Shown here: piece after piece, positions 18,998-27,779 of the stretch | Position numbering within the stretch: position 1 is the first letter of the stretch | How the letters are laid out: each line of letters begins with the position of its first letter | Virus record (IMG/VR): IMGVR_UViG_3300042691_011955 | Reading direction: 5' to 3' (one strand) | Source: an uncultured virus (IMG/VR IMGVR_UViG_3300042691_011955) | Taxonomy: Duplodnaviria > Heunggongvirae > Uroviricota > Caudoviricetes | DNA length: 64,000 nucleotides | Position numbers and translations under genes: made by a program | The notes under the pieces: model-generated | Told to the model about the DNA's origin: nothing | What the model saw: the letters and a program-made list of their open reading frames with translations, nothing else | The model's database searches: none

Positions 18998-20094
18998 GTA
19001 AAGCACAGTATAACCTAAATACAAAAACAGATTACCTTGGTCGTAAAATGTTTCTTGATCCTGCAGGCCCAGTAACTATTCAACGGTTTGAAGAAGTAAA
19101 GTATAAAAAAATTGCCGACTACGATGCGACAGCACGAGGATTCTTTTGGCAACCTGAAGAGATCAGTTTAAGTAAAGACTCTAATGATTTTAAGGAAGCC
19201 AGCGATGCTGTCAAGCATATTTTTACTAGTAACCTACTTCGTCAAACTGCTTTGGATAGCTTGCAGGGTAGAGGCCCAACACAGGTATTTACGCCTGTAT
19301 GCAGTCTTCCAGAAGTAGAAGCATTAATGTACAACTGGGGTTTCTTTGAAACTAATATTCATAGCAAGAGCTATAGTCATATTATTCGCAACATCTACAA
19401 CGTGCCCAAGGATGTGTTCAACACAATCCATGACACTAAAGAAATTGTAGAAATGGCATCAAGTATTGGTCTATATTATGATAGGCTCCATATTATTAAC
19501 TGTCGCAAAGAATTAGGCGAAGCAGTTGATGAGTACGAACATGTTAAAGCAATCTATCTAGCCCTACATGCAAGCTATGGTTTAGAGGCGTTTCGCTTTA
19601 TGGTTAGCTTTGCTACAAGTCTAGCAATGGTAGAGAATAAGATCTTTATTGGTAATGGTAATATTATTAGTTTGATTTTACAAGACGAGTTATTACACAA
19701 AGGTTGGACTGCTTACTTGATTAATCAAGTAGTTAAAGAAGACAGTCGCTTTGCCCAAGCCGCTAAAGATTGTGAATCAGAAGTGATACAGATATATAAA
19801 GATGTTATTAGAGAAGAAAAAGAATGGGCAGATTACTTGTTTAAGTTAGGGCCTGTGATTGGTCTTAATGCAAATATCCTTAAAGACTTTGTAGACTTCA
19901 CTGCAACTGATGCACTAAAGAATGTTGGGATCAAGTATTGGAATCCTGCTCCTAGATCTACTCCTATCCCGTGGTTTAACAAACACAGTGATACTAGTAA
20001 GAAACAGACAGCACTACAAGAAAGTGAATCAACTAATTATGTTATTGGGATAATGGGCGATTCTATTAACTATGATGAGCTACCCGCGATATAA
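18994..20094 (+). CDS. nrdB: ribonucleotide reductase class Ia beta subunit
   Basis: FFWQPEE, QTALDSLQGR, ETNIHSKSY, LEAFRF, QDELLH, QESESTNY. Confidence 0.97.
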   Translation: MSKAQYNLNTKTDYLGRKMFLDPAGPVTIQRFEEVKYKKIADYDATARGFFWQPEEISLSKDSNDFKEASDAVKHIFTSNLLRQTALDSLQGRGPTQVFTPVCSLPEVEALMYNWGFFETNIHSKSYSHIIRNIYNVPKDVFNTIHDTKEIVEMASSIGLYYDRLHIINCRKELGEAVDEYEHVKAIYLALHASYGLEAFRFMVSFATSLAMVENKIFIGNGNIISLILQDELLHKGWTAYLINQVVKEDSRFAQAAKDCESEVIQIYKDVIREEKEWADYLFKLGPVIGLNANILKDFVDFTATDALKNVGIKYWNPAPRSTPIPWFNKHSDTSKKQTALQESESTNYVIGIMGDSINYDELPAI

Positions 20095-20103
20095 GGAGAC
20101 ACT

Positions 20104-20268
20104 ATGGCAAAGCTACAAGAAGAAGTATTAGTAATTAAAGTTAGTAAACTATTAAAAGACAGTGAGAACATAACAGAGATTATCAGCAACGATATATTGC
20201 ATAGTCTTGAATCAGTAGTAGAAGAGCTTGCAGGTGCAGGTACATTAGTAGAAATAGAAAGAGCGTAA
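20104..20268 (+). CDS. small hypothetical protein (54 aa; not in track)
   Basis: MAKLQEEVLVIKVSKLLKD...; AAGGAGA SD; fills the nrdB-grx gap. Confidence 0.75.
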   Translation: MAKLQEEVLVIKVSKLLKDSENITEIISNDILHSLESVVEELAGAGTLVEIERA

Positions 20269-20269
20269 T

Positions 20270-20494
20270 ATGAAAGCGATAGTATGGAGTAAAGACCATT
20301 GTCCATTTTGTGATCAAGCTAAAAACTTGCTCAAGATGAAAGGCATTGAGTTTGAAGAGAAAAAAATTGGGTATGGCTTCACAAAAGAAGATTTGCTTGA
20401 AGCTGTTCCAACAGCTAGAACAGTTCCACAGATTTTTTTAGACGAAAAATTAATAGGCGGATTTACAGAATTAAAACAGGTACTTAAAGGATAA
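20270..20494 (+). CDS. grx: glutaredoxin
   Basis: CPFC, TVPQIF, IGGF. Confidence 0.95.
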   Translation: MKAIVWSKDHCPFCDQAKNLLKMKGIEFEEKKIGYGFTKEDLLEAVPTARTVPQIFLDEKLIGGFTELKQVLKG

Positions 20495-20496
20495 AC

Positions 20497-20784
20497 ATGT
20501 TAATAGAAATACCCTACAGAACAGGCGACATTGTAAGTTTTAAATTAAGCTCAGGAGAAGAAATTCTTGGTAGACTAGAGGCCGAAGGTGACAAAACTTT
20601 CACAGTACTAAAACCAATGGTTCTTATCATGGGACAACAAGGACTGGGACTAGCACCATTTATGTTCTCAGTATCACCTGATGCAAAGTTCACACTTCGC
20701 AAAGGTTCAGTAAGCTGTGTTGCAAAAACTCAAGACGATATTGCAAAACAATACACAGCACAAACAACAGGCATTCATATATAA
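20497..20784 (+). CDS. hypothetical protein, Sm/SH3-like barrel
   Basis: GDIVSFKLSSGEEILGR; PMVL...LAPF. Confidence 0.55.
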   Translation: MLIEIPYRTGDIVSFKLSSGEEILGRLEAEGDKTFTVLKPMVLIMGQQGLGLAPFMFSVSPDAKFTLRKGSVSCVAKTQDDIAKQYTAQTTGIHI

Positions 20785-20796
20785 GGAGAAAAGGCC

Positions 20797-20988
20797 ATGA
20801 CAGAAGTAACAAACACAATTCATGACGAAATTGTATTAGCATTTAACGTATACATTAAAGAAGCAGAAGCTTTTGAAAATAAAAATGTAAAAGCTGCGGC
20901 AGCACGGGCTCGTAAAGCACTTGGCGAATTAGGTAAACTAACTAAGTCTCGACGTATGGAAATACAAGAGAAGAAAAACGCAATGTAA
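20797..20988 (+). CDS. small basic protein, histone H1-like (Hc1-type)
   Basis: KNVKAAAARARKALGELGKLTKSRRMEI. Confidence 0.65.
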   Translation: MTEVTNTIHDEIVLAFNVYIKEAEAFENKNVKAAAARARKALGELGKLTKSRRMEIQEKKNAM

Positions 20989-20989
20989 T

Positions 20990-21139
20990 ATGTGGCGTCT
21001 TTGGGCAAAAGCTCTAGGTGAGAAAACAGGCAAGAGCGATAAAGAAGCAGACAGAATTGCTGTCATACGAACTTTAATCGTACTTGCCTATCTTATCACT
21101 AACGCATTTATTATAGCAGGTGTTGTAAGACATTGGTAA
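20990..21139 (+). CDS. small membrane protein (49 aa; not in track)
   Basis: MWRLWAKALGEKTGKSDKEADRIAVIRTLIVLAYLITNAFIIAGVVRHW. Confidence 0.75.
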   Translation: MWRLWAKALGEKTGKSDKEADRIAVIRTLIVLAYLITNAFIIAGVVRHW

Positions 21140-21148
21140 AGGAAAAAC

Positions 21149-21802
21149 ATGTTAGAAACTTGTTGCGATATTTTAGTAGACGCTTACAAGCGTAATTGGA
21201 TTACCAGTAGAGATGGTAACATTTCTATTCGTCATCACGATCGTGATCATTTTTATGTCACACCTAGTGGTGTACGCAAACAAAACATGCAGCCAGAAAT
21301 GTTTAAAAAAATTAAAATCTGGCGCACAATTAACAGTGGAGTAGGTTCTGCTGTTTTTAATTATAATTGGGAAGTTATTGAGCAAACTGACCTAAGCGGC
21401 AATCTTGAACCTAGCGGCGAGATGCCTTTACATTTTGGACTGCAAAAAGAACTAGGACAGCATAAAAACGATGTTAGAGTTGTTGTACACGTTCATCCTA
21501 CTTATTGTGTTGCTGCCATGCATGCCGGAATTGATTTAAGCACTATTGTAGATGACTTTCCAGAACTTAGCAGATATACAAAGGTAGCACCTAATGTTGG
21601 TGATGTGCCTCCTATCAGTCAGGAACTAGGTGACGCTTGTCATCGCAATTTAAAATTAGACAAAGATGGAAATATTGCTTACGACATTGTAGGTATTAAA
21701 GGACATGGTGTAGTTGCTATTGACAGTACTCCATGGCGTGCTTACGAACATATTGAGCGTTTAGAACACATTTGTAAAATTGTATTAGCCAGCGGAGTCT
21801 AA
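21149..21802 (+). CDS. class II aldolase/adducin family protein
   Basis: DGNISIR, TPSG, PSGEMPLH, VVHVHP, KGHGVV. Confidence 0.92.
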   Translation: MLETCCDILVDAYKRNWITSRDGNISIRHHDRDHFYVTPSGVRKQNMQPEMFKKIKIWRTINSGVGSAVFNYNWEVIEQTDLSGNLEPSGEMPLHFGLQKELGQHKNDVRVVVHVHPTYCVAAMHAGIDLSTIVDDFPELSRYTKVAPNVGDVPPISQELGDACHRNLKLDKDGNIAYDIVGIKGHGVVAIDSTPWRAYEHIERLEHICKIVLASGV

Positions 21803-22584
21803 TGTCTTTTTTATATCGTACTGAAGATATTAAACTTATCAATTCAGTAAAACCGTTACCCTATCTTAGACACGGGCATGATGTTGATAAGATTAGGATG
21901 GCTGATATCTTTTTTCAGTCATTAAATCAAAATGAAATTTTAGGACTAGTAGAAGCAGATAGATCTACAGTAGTAGAACAAATAAGTCAATCTATTAATG
22001 TTAGAAGCTGTGACGAGTTTGAGCTTGCAAGGTTACACGATTGGGAACAACGTTTTTCAAATGTATATTCAGAAAGTGATTGGACAGAGGCACAATCCTC
22101 TTATCCGTTTATTGATGCAGTTGCAAAGATATTTTGGTTAAGTGACCATTTAAGAAATAACGGAACTATAGAGTTTCCGTTAACACAAGCATGGAACAGA
22201 TACTACAATACTTGGGAAGTAGTTGTGGGCAATGCTAGGATAGCACCCTTAAGATTATTTCACCATAAACCTACGCTACAAGTTATACGATTTAAAACAG
22301 AACAGTGTTCTGAAAATATCGAATGGACTAAGACTTTTAAATCACTAAACGACATTGAAACACAATTTGGTCATGCTGCTGTAATAAATTATAGAGCATG
22401 GGGTGGATCCTTGATACCCGGAGTTCATTTTTATAACAAAGATAGATACGATAAGAATAAATTAGAGTATCAGAACAAACTTGCTATATATTATAAGATG
22501 CACAGCGGATTAAACATTAACATAGAAAAGTCACTGTACTGGAACATTAATAACATATTGGACGGAATAAATGCTTTGGGTTGA
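21802..22584 (+). CDS. hypothetical protein, possible ParB/Srx-like domain
   Basis: GTIEFPL...WEVVVGNARI. Confidence 0.45.
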   Translation: MSFLYRTEDIKLINSVKPLPYLRHGHDVDKIRMADIFFQSLNQNEILGLVEADRSTVVEQISQSINVRSCDEFELARLHDWEQRFSNVYSESDWTEAQSSYPFIDAVAKIFWLSDHLRNNGTIEFPLTQAWNRYYNTWEVVVGNARIAPLRLFHHKPTLQVIRFKTEQCSENIEWTKTFKSLNDIETQFGHAAVINYRAWGGSLIPGVHFYNKDRYDKNKLEYQNKLAIYYKMHSGLNINIEKSLYWNINNILDGINALG

Positions 22585-22801
22585 ATATAACATAAATCAA
22601 GTAGGCGACAACTTTAGAGTCGAAGGTGAATGGGAAGGTGAAGTTATGGGTGTAAGCCGTGACGGCACGCCTAAGAGCAGTCACTTATACAAACCAGGGG
22701 ATGTGTTTATTGTAAACGCAAATGGTTGGTTGTGCAAAGTAGAAGATGTTACTGCTCTGGTAATGAAATACGAAATGAACAAGGCAAAAGATGAAATGTA
22801 A
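22571..22801 (+). CDS. hypothetical protein
   Basis: 76-aa ORF in operon. Confidence 0.65.
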   Translation: MLWVEYNINQVGDNFRVEGEWEGEVMGVSRDGTPKSSHLYKPGDVFIVNANGWLCKVEDVTALVMKYEMNKAKDEM

Positions 22802-23090
22802 GCAAGGTGATCTAGCTCGTATTATATATTCTATACGGCCTGAAAACATAGGGCGTGTTGTTAAGGTAAAAGAATATATTGGAAAGTTTGAGCAAGGTGA
22901 ACTGTTTGAATTTAGAACTATGCCCTGTAAGTGTGCAGTAACAGATCATTATTGGTGGATAGAAGCAGAAGACTTATCTACATTGCTTGGTGTATCTCCG
23001 CAGGCCTACATACCCGATACTTGGTTAGAACCAATTCGCCCAGAAAAAACCAAAGAAACAAGCAAATCAGAGGTTGACATCTTTGCTTAG
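22791..23090 (+). CDS. hypothetical protein
   Basis: MKCKQGDLARII...PDTWLEPIRP. Confidence 0.7.
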   Translation: MKCKQGDLARIIYSIRPENIGRVVKVKEYIGKFEQGELFEFRTMPCKCAVTDHYWWIEAEDLSTLLGVSPQAYIPDTWLEPIRPEKTKETSKSEVDIFA

Positions 23091-23139
23091 ATCTGTTATA
23101 AATATAGATATGTAAGCAACTTTTAATAAAGGAATTAAA

Positions 23140-23211
23140 ATGGCAAGACAATACTCTCAAAAAGTCCGTGCAGTTCGTGCGGCAAAACGTGCCCTTAAAA
23201 GGAGCAAATAA
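23140..23211 (+). CDS. basic micropeptide 1 (23 aa)
   Basis: MARQYSQKVRAVRAAKRALKRSK; AAAGGA SD; TATAAATA at 23097. Confidence 0.7.
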   Translation: MARQYSQKVRAVRAAKRALKRSK

Positions 23212-23285
23212 TGGCTAAATTTAGAGCTCATCATCCACGCAGTATCAAAGCTACTGCACGTAGAATTATTAAAAAGCGCAAGTAA
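23211..23285 (+). CDS. basic micropeptide 2 (24 aa)
   Basis: MAKFRAHHPRSIKATARRIIKKRK; AAGGAG SD; TAATG coupling. Confidence 0.75.
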   Translation: MAKFRAHHPRSIKATARRIIKKRK

Positions 23286-23288
23286 GAT

Positions 23289-23393
23289 ATGCCAAGCCCT
23301 AGACGAGTTAGTCAAATCTTAAAAGGCAAAAAGCCACCAAAGCCAAAGACAGTTAAAGCTATGGCTAAACGGGCTTCAACACGTAAGAAATAA
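23289..23393 (+). CDS. basic micropeptide 3 (34 aa)
   Basis: MPSPRRVSQILKGKKPPKPKTVKAMAKRASTRKK; starts 3 nt after the previous stop. Confidence 0.65.
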   Translation: MPSPRRVSQILKGKKPPKPKTVKAMAKRASTRKK

Positions 23394-23396
23394 TTA

Positions 23397-23465
23397 ATGA
23401 AAGTGTGTGACGTAATTGTAGTAATTCTTGTTACTATTCTTTTAGCTATACACTTTCTTATGTAA
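23397..23465 (+). CDS. possible 22-aa hydrophobic peptide
   Basis: MKVCDVIVVILVTILLAIHFLM; 3 nt after the previous stop; weak SD. Confidence 0.35.
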   Translation: MKVCDVIVVILVTILLAIHFLM

Positions 23466-23531
23466 ATGGTTGTATTCAACCCGTTAACACCTCAACGTAA
23501 ATGAGGTATTTTAAATTAGGAAAAAGTAACA

Positions 23532-23735
23532 ATGGTAACAGGAAAAGTAAAATGGTTTAACGACGCCAAAGGTTTTGGATTCATTACACCGGATAGCGGC
23601 GGAGCAGACCTTTTTGCTCATTTCTCTCAGATTAATTCAGGTGGCTTCAAAAGTCTACAAGAAGGTCAGAGCGTAAGATTTGAAGTCACAATGGGTATGA
23701 AAGGACAACAGGCTAGCAATATTCAGCCTGCTTAA
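23532..23735 (+). CDS. csp: cold-shock protein
   Basis: [15 protein letters not shown] (RNP1) and LFAHFS (RNP2). Confidence 0.97.
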   Translation: MVTGKVKWFNDAKGFGFITPDSGGADLFAHFSQINSGGFKSLQEGQSVRFEVTMGMKGQQASNIQPA

Positions 23736-23739
23736 GGAA

Positions 23740-24095
23740 TTGTTGTAATCCCTTCAAAGTGAAGGCATTCTGGACGCGGGTTCGACTCCCGCCAGGTCCA
23801 CCATAAGGAAATTAAAATGATTAAAGGATTAATTTTTGCTACTATAACGATAATTGTAAGCGTATGCTGGGTTGTTTATATGTACAATAATAATGTTCGT
23901 GTTTATCACAAAATTGAAAAATAGTATTCTTATGATGGGCCTGACATGGTTTCGACAGGGTGAGATAATGGAGACGGCAACACGGTAGGCGATGACCGTA
24001 AATCAAGCAAATCAAGTAAACGCAAATTCAAGCGAATACGCATTAGCAGCCTAAACACTGCTTAGGGTAGGAAATACCTCGTAACAGAAATTACC
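23740..24095 (+). ncRNA. ssrA: circularly permuted (two-piece) tmRNA gene
   Basis: acceptor piece first: T-arm GCGGG-TTCGACT-CCCGC then CAGGTCC-A-CCA ending 23803; coding piece starts GGGCCTG at 23937 (7-bp stem with G3.U70), D-loop-like GGTTTCGAC, tag GCA AAT TCA AGC GAA TAC GCA TTA GCA GCC TAA (24022-24054); outer ends approximate. Confidence 0.93.
23817..23924 (+). CDS. 35-aa single-pass membrane peptide inside the tmRNA intervening segment
   Basis: MIKGLIFATITIIVSVCWVVYMYNNNVRVYHKIEK; TAAGGA SD at 23804-23809. Confidence 0.6.
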   Translation: MIKGLIFATITIIVSVCWVVYMYNNNVRVYHKIEK

Positions 24096-24122
24096 AGAAA
24101 GCACCCTCGGGTGCTTTTCTTT
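24096..24122. terminator. bidirectional intrinsic terminator
   Basis: AGAAAGCACCC-TC-GGGTGCTTTTCT between tmRNA and a convergent gene. Confidence 0.85.
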
Positions 24123-24585
24123 ATTGTGGGTACAGAAGGACGTCGTCGCCTGTGCCAACAATTGGATCAACAATAAGTTTACCAAACCCTAACATAGTTT
24201 GGTTAGTGTTAATAGAAATGTCTTTATTATTGTTACTGTTGACTATGGCAAGATCAGTGCTTTTTCCAATACCGTAAATTTGAGTAAGGCTGGGCACAAT
24301 TACACTAGCCCAACGTAAAGCCGTGTCACCGGTGCTAGTGGGTTGTTCAACTCTAGGACTGTTGTTTTGTGGAGAACCTTGTTGTAGTGCAATTACCGCG
24401 GCTACTCGAGCTGTAGTATCACCTGAATTGGCAATAGCTTCTAATGCTTTGTATCGAGCAATTTCTGCTTCTGCCCTTGCAAGAGCAATGTTTTCTTGAG
24501 TTCGGGCGTATTGTTGATAGTTGTCAGATGCACAGCCAGTTAGTAATAAGACACCGATGGCGCCTGCGAGAATAGTTTTTCTCAT
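24121..24585 (-). CDS. lipoprotein
   Basis: signal peptide with lipobox LTGC; AAGGA SD. Confidence 0.8.
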   Translation of the reverse strand: MRKTILAGAIGVLLLTGCASDNYQQYARTQENIALARAEAEIARYKALEAIANSGDTTARVAAVIALQQGSPQNNSPRVEQPTSTGDTALRWASVIVPSLTQIYGIGKSTDLAIVNSNNNKDISINTNQTMLGFGKLIVDPIVGTGDDVLLYPQ

Positions 24586-24790
24586 AATAGTTTCCTTATA
24601 AATGATTTTATTTGGAAACTACTTAGATCAACTTACTCCCAATATAATATTGGCATATAAGGCTTAACAGCGAAAGAATTGCTTTAAGAAGTCTCAAATA
24701 TATTTATGCCTTTTTTGTGCTTGACTTCTAAGTAAAGATACTATATAATTGCACATGACTAGATTAGTCATACATTTAAAGGAATTAAAA

Positions 24791-25240
24791 ATGAAGAAAA
24801 TTGCAATAGCAACAATCTTAGCAGTAACCGCAATGTCGGTATCTGCTTTAGAAGTAGGTGTAACAGGTACTCGTGATTATGCAGGTACTGACCGTGATGG
24901 TTATGGTTTGACTGTTGGTCAATCTTTTGGCAAGGTTGGTGTCACAGCCGGGTTTGATCGTTTCACTTCTGGTACTAACGATCAAAATCGTTACAGCATT
25001 GTTACTGGCTACGATGTTGCTAACCTAGGTGTTGTAACTGTAACTCCTAAAGTTGGTGTCGCATATTTGGACAACCAGACTGGGTCTGACGGTTATGCAA
25101 TGACTGTTGGTATTGGCGCAAGTTTGCCAGTTACTAAACAAGTTAGTGTTGGTCTCGATCTTGCACGTCAATATGGTCAAGACCGTGTTAATACATTCGA
25201 CGGTAATCGTGTTACTGCCGGTGTTCGTTACAAGTTCTAA
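24791..25240 (+). CDS. small outer-membrane beta-barrel protein (OmpA/OmpX-like)
   Basis: Sec signal, alternating beta strands, C-terminal GVRYKF; TTGACT-N17-TATAAT type promoter at 24721. Confidence 0.85.
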   Translation: MKKIAIATILAVTAMSVSALEVGVTGTRDYAGTDRDGYGLTVGQSFGKVGVTAGFDRFTSGTNDQNRYSIVTGYDVANLGVVTVTPKVGVAYLDNQTGSDGYAMTVGIGASLPVTKQVSVGLDLARQYGQDRVNTFDGNRVTAGVRYKF

Positions 25241-25259
25241 ACTTAGACAATCACAGATA

Positions 25260-25282
25260 GAAAGCACCTTTGGGTGCTTTTT
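25260..25282 (+). terminator. intrinsic terminator
   Basis: AAAGCACC-TTTG-GGTGCTTT plus T run. Confidence 0.8.
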
Positions 25283-25363
25283 ATTTGAGTGTTACCATTT
25301 TATTTGATTTATTTTTTGATATCTGTTATAGTTATATTTGTATTCAACTTTGCAAGGGTTATT

Positions 25364-25753
25364 ATGTCTATGCATTTGGAAGGCCCGTGGCTCAGTACCA
25401 CCGGTAAGAAAAAAGGTAAGAAGAAATTCGCTTCGGCAGAACATGCTAGAAAAGCACGTGAGCAAGAAGAAAGTTGGAAGGCTTTTCAAAAGAAATGGGA
25501 AATCCAATCTCCCAGCAAGCCTTTACCAAAGGCGTCTAGCCTAAGCTCGACATACAGTTTAAAAATTCCAGAAGGTCGCAATACAACTGCACATATCAAA
25601 AGTTTGAACAGCGGATTGGGCACTGCTACTCTTAAGCCAGCCAAAGTGTATACTGGCACTATGGTAAAAGGTATTGCCACTATGCACAAGAGTAATGCGG
25701 TTCCTGTCTTCAGTGATCAAGAAGCAGTGGACATCTCTAGTATGCGTAGGTAA
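25364..25753 (+). CDS. basic hypothetical phage protein
   Basis: MSMHLEGPWLSTTG...VYTGTMVKGIATMHKSNAVPVF; start re-set to 25364. Confidence 0.7.
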   Translation: MSMHLEGPWLSTTGKKKGKKKFASAEHARKAREQEESWKAFQKKWEIQSPSKPLPKASSLSSTYSLKIPEGRNTTAHIKSLNSGLGTATLKPAKVYTGTMVKGIATMHKSNAVPVFSDQEAVDISSMRR

Positions 25754-25762
25754 ATACTCTCT

Positions 25763-27700
25763 ATGAATGAAAAACATAAAGTTAGTTTTGTACAAGTAAA
25801 TTTCCAAGTAGGTCCAGAAGAACTCAATTCGTTTCATTTACCATACACAGTTGGATGTCTTTGGGCACACGCTCAATCTCAACCAGACATTGATTCGCAG
25901 TTTGAATTAAATCAATTAATCTGGCGACGTGACCCAATAGAGCAAGTAGTTGAACAATTAAAAAACGATTCAGTAGTTGGCTTTAGTACCTACGTTTGGA
26001 ATCTACAATATAATTTACACTTAGCTGAGGCTCTTAAATTACGCAATCCTAATTGTTTAATTATTTTTGGAGGACCAGAGCCGGCTGTGTCAGACCCTGC
26101 AATATTTTCTAAGTATCCTTGGATTGATGCTATTATTAAAAACGAAGGTGAAATTACTTTTACTGAAATCCTGCGTAACATTGAGAACTTTGATCATGTG
26201 CCAGGTGTGCTAATAAATCAAAATGGTAGCGTACTAGATACTGGTCAGGCAGCACGAGTTGATGATTTATCAATTTTATCCAGTCCTTATCTAACAGGCA
26301 CCTTTGATCAACTGTTAATAGATAATCCCAAGGTTAACTGGTCAGCTACACTGGAAACCAATCGTGGTTGTCCGTATCAGTGTACATTTTGTGACTGGGG
26401 TAGTTTAACACTAAGCAAAATTAAAAAGTTTACTATAGAGCGTGTATATGCTGAACTTGAATGGATGAGTCGTAACCGCATAGATTTTGTACACGTTGCT
26501 GATGCTAATTTTGGTATTTTTCCTGAGCGAGATCGATCAATTGTAGAGCGATTTATTGAACTACAGCGTCAGTATGGTGCTCCAACTGGTATCTCTCAAT
26601 CGTTTGCTAAAAATCAAAATCAAGAAGTAATTGACATTGTAGAACTGCTGGTCAAAAAAACTCTACGACCTACAACAGGTCTTAAGATTAGCTTACAAAC
26701 TTTTGACGATAATACTCTTGATGCTATCAAACGCAAAAATCTTAAAAGCAACAACATTGCTGAAATACTAGAAATTGGACGAGCAAAAGGTGTACCCATT
26801 GGTACCGAATTGATCATGGGGTTGCCGCGAGAAACACTTGAGTCTTGGCAAAACAATCTTTGGAAACTGTTAGACCTAGGTATGCACAACGATATCGATA
26901 TCTACTACTGCCAAGTACTAGAAAATGCAGAATTAAATCGAGTCCAAAAAGAAGTCTACGACATCAAGACTACAAAAATTTATGATTATTTTAGTCCGTC
27001 GGCTCATGAAAATACTGGGGTTACAGCTGAGAGCATAGATGTTGTAATTAGTACTGCCCATATGTCTTTTGATGACATCATTGAAGCTAGTATATTCAAC
27101 TGGAATTTGTTTACTTGGCACGTGGGCGGTTACAGCAACTTAGTTACTAGATTCTTAAATCGTTACAAAAATGTTTCCTATGAGGAAATGTATACCAAAT
27201 TATTTAAACAGGCACAACAGCATGAATGGTATCGTATACTGAAACAACAACAGATTGATGTACTATGTGATTGGTTCAAACACGGGCGTTGCACACTTGA
27301 CAGCGGAATACCTGGAATCAAACTTTATGGCAACAGTATTATATTTCATACTCGCATGATACTAACACTTCAACCTGAGGTTGTTGCCAAATGGTATGAC
27401 TTGTTAGATGAATTTGTAAAAGAATTTGAACTTGGGCAAGAGTTGCATCAGGACCTTATGGATCTACAACGACATCTTACCGTGCCACTCAAAGAACGCA
27501 ATTCTTATCCACGAACTCAACAATACCAACACAATGTTTGGCAATATTTAAACGATCACTCCAGTGAGTTACACAAAGTACCTACTACGCTAAAGTTTGA
27601 CTTTAACGAATCTACTATGAGCGATGCTCAATTTGTTGAGAGAGTATTTTGGAGACGCCGCCTCCGATTTGGACAGGCTAACATAACCCAAATTGTTTGA
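25763..27700 (+). CDS. B12-binding radical SAM protein
   Basis: GFSTYVWN and IIFGGPE cobalamin domain; ETNRGCPYQCTFCDW. Confidence 0.92.
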   Translation: MNEKHKVSFVQVNFQVGPEELNSFHLPYTVGCLWAHAQSQPDIDSQFELNQLIWRRDPIEQVVEQLKNDSVVGFSTYVWNLQYNLHLAEALKLRNPNCLIIFGGPEPAVSDPAIFSKYPWIDAIIKNEGEITFTEILRNIENFDHVPGVLINQNGSVLDTGQAARVDDLSILSSPYLTGTFDQLLIDNPKVNWSATLETNRGCPYQCTFCDWGSLTLSKIKKFTIERVYAELEWMSRNRIDFVHVADANFGIFPERDRSIVERFIELQRQYGAPTGISQSFAKNQNQEVIDIVELLVKKTLRPTTGLKISLQTFDDNTLDAIKRKNLKSNNIAEILEIGRAKGVPIGTELIMGLPRETLESWQNNLWKLLDLGMHNDIDIYYCQVLENAELNRVQKEVYDIKTTKIYDYFSPSAHENTGVTAESIDVVISTAHMSFDDIIEASIFNWNLFTWHVGGYSNLVTRFLNRYKNVSYEEMYTKLFKQAQQHEWYRILKQQQIDVLCDWFKHGRCTLDSGIPGIKLYGNSIIFHTRMILTLQPEVVAKWYDLLDEFVKEFELGQELHQDLMDLQRHLTVPLKERNSYPRTQQYQHNVWQYLNDHSSELHKVPTTLKFDFNESTMSDAQFVERVFWRRRLRFGQANITQIV

Positions 27701-27779
27701 TTAACAAGTAATTTTGTCAAAAGATGTCAAAAACCTTGCATTTCTTTATGGAATGTCGTACAATAGGATATATATTAAA

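Noticed and set aside
16661..20094. Introns or inteins in nrdA/nrdB
   Set aside because: Both ORFs are continuous and of normal length
23771..23803. tRNA gene or tRNA-derived attachment site
   Set aside because: No upstream D or anticodon arm; its acceptor partner lies downstream at 23937 with a tag frame, so it is a permuted tmRNA; no integrase nearby
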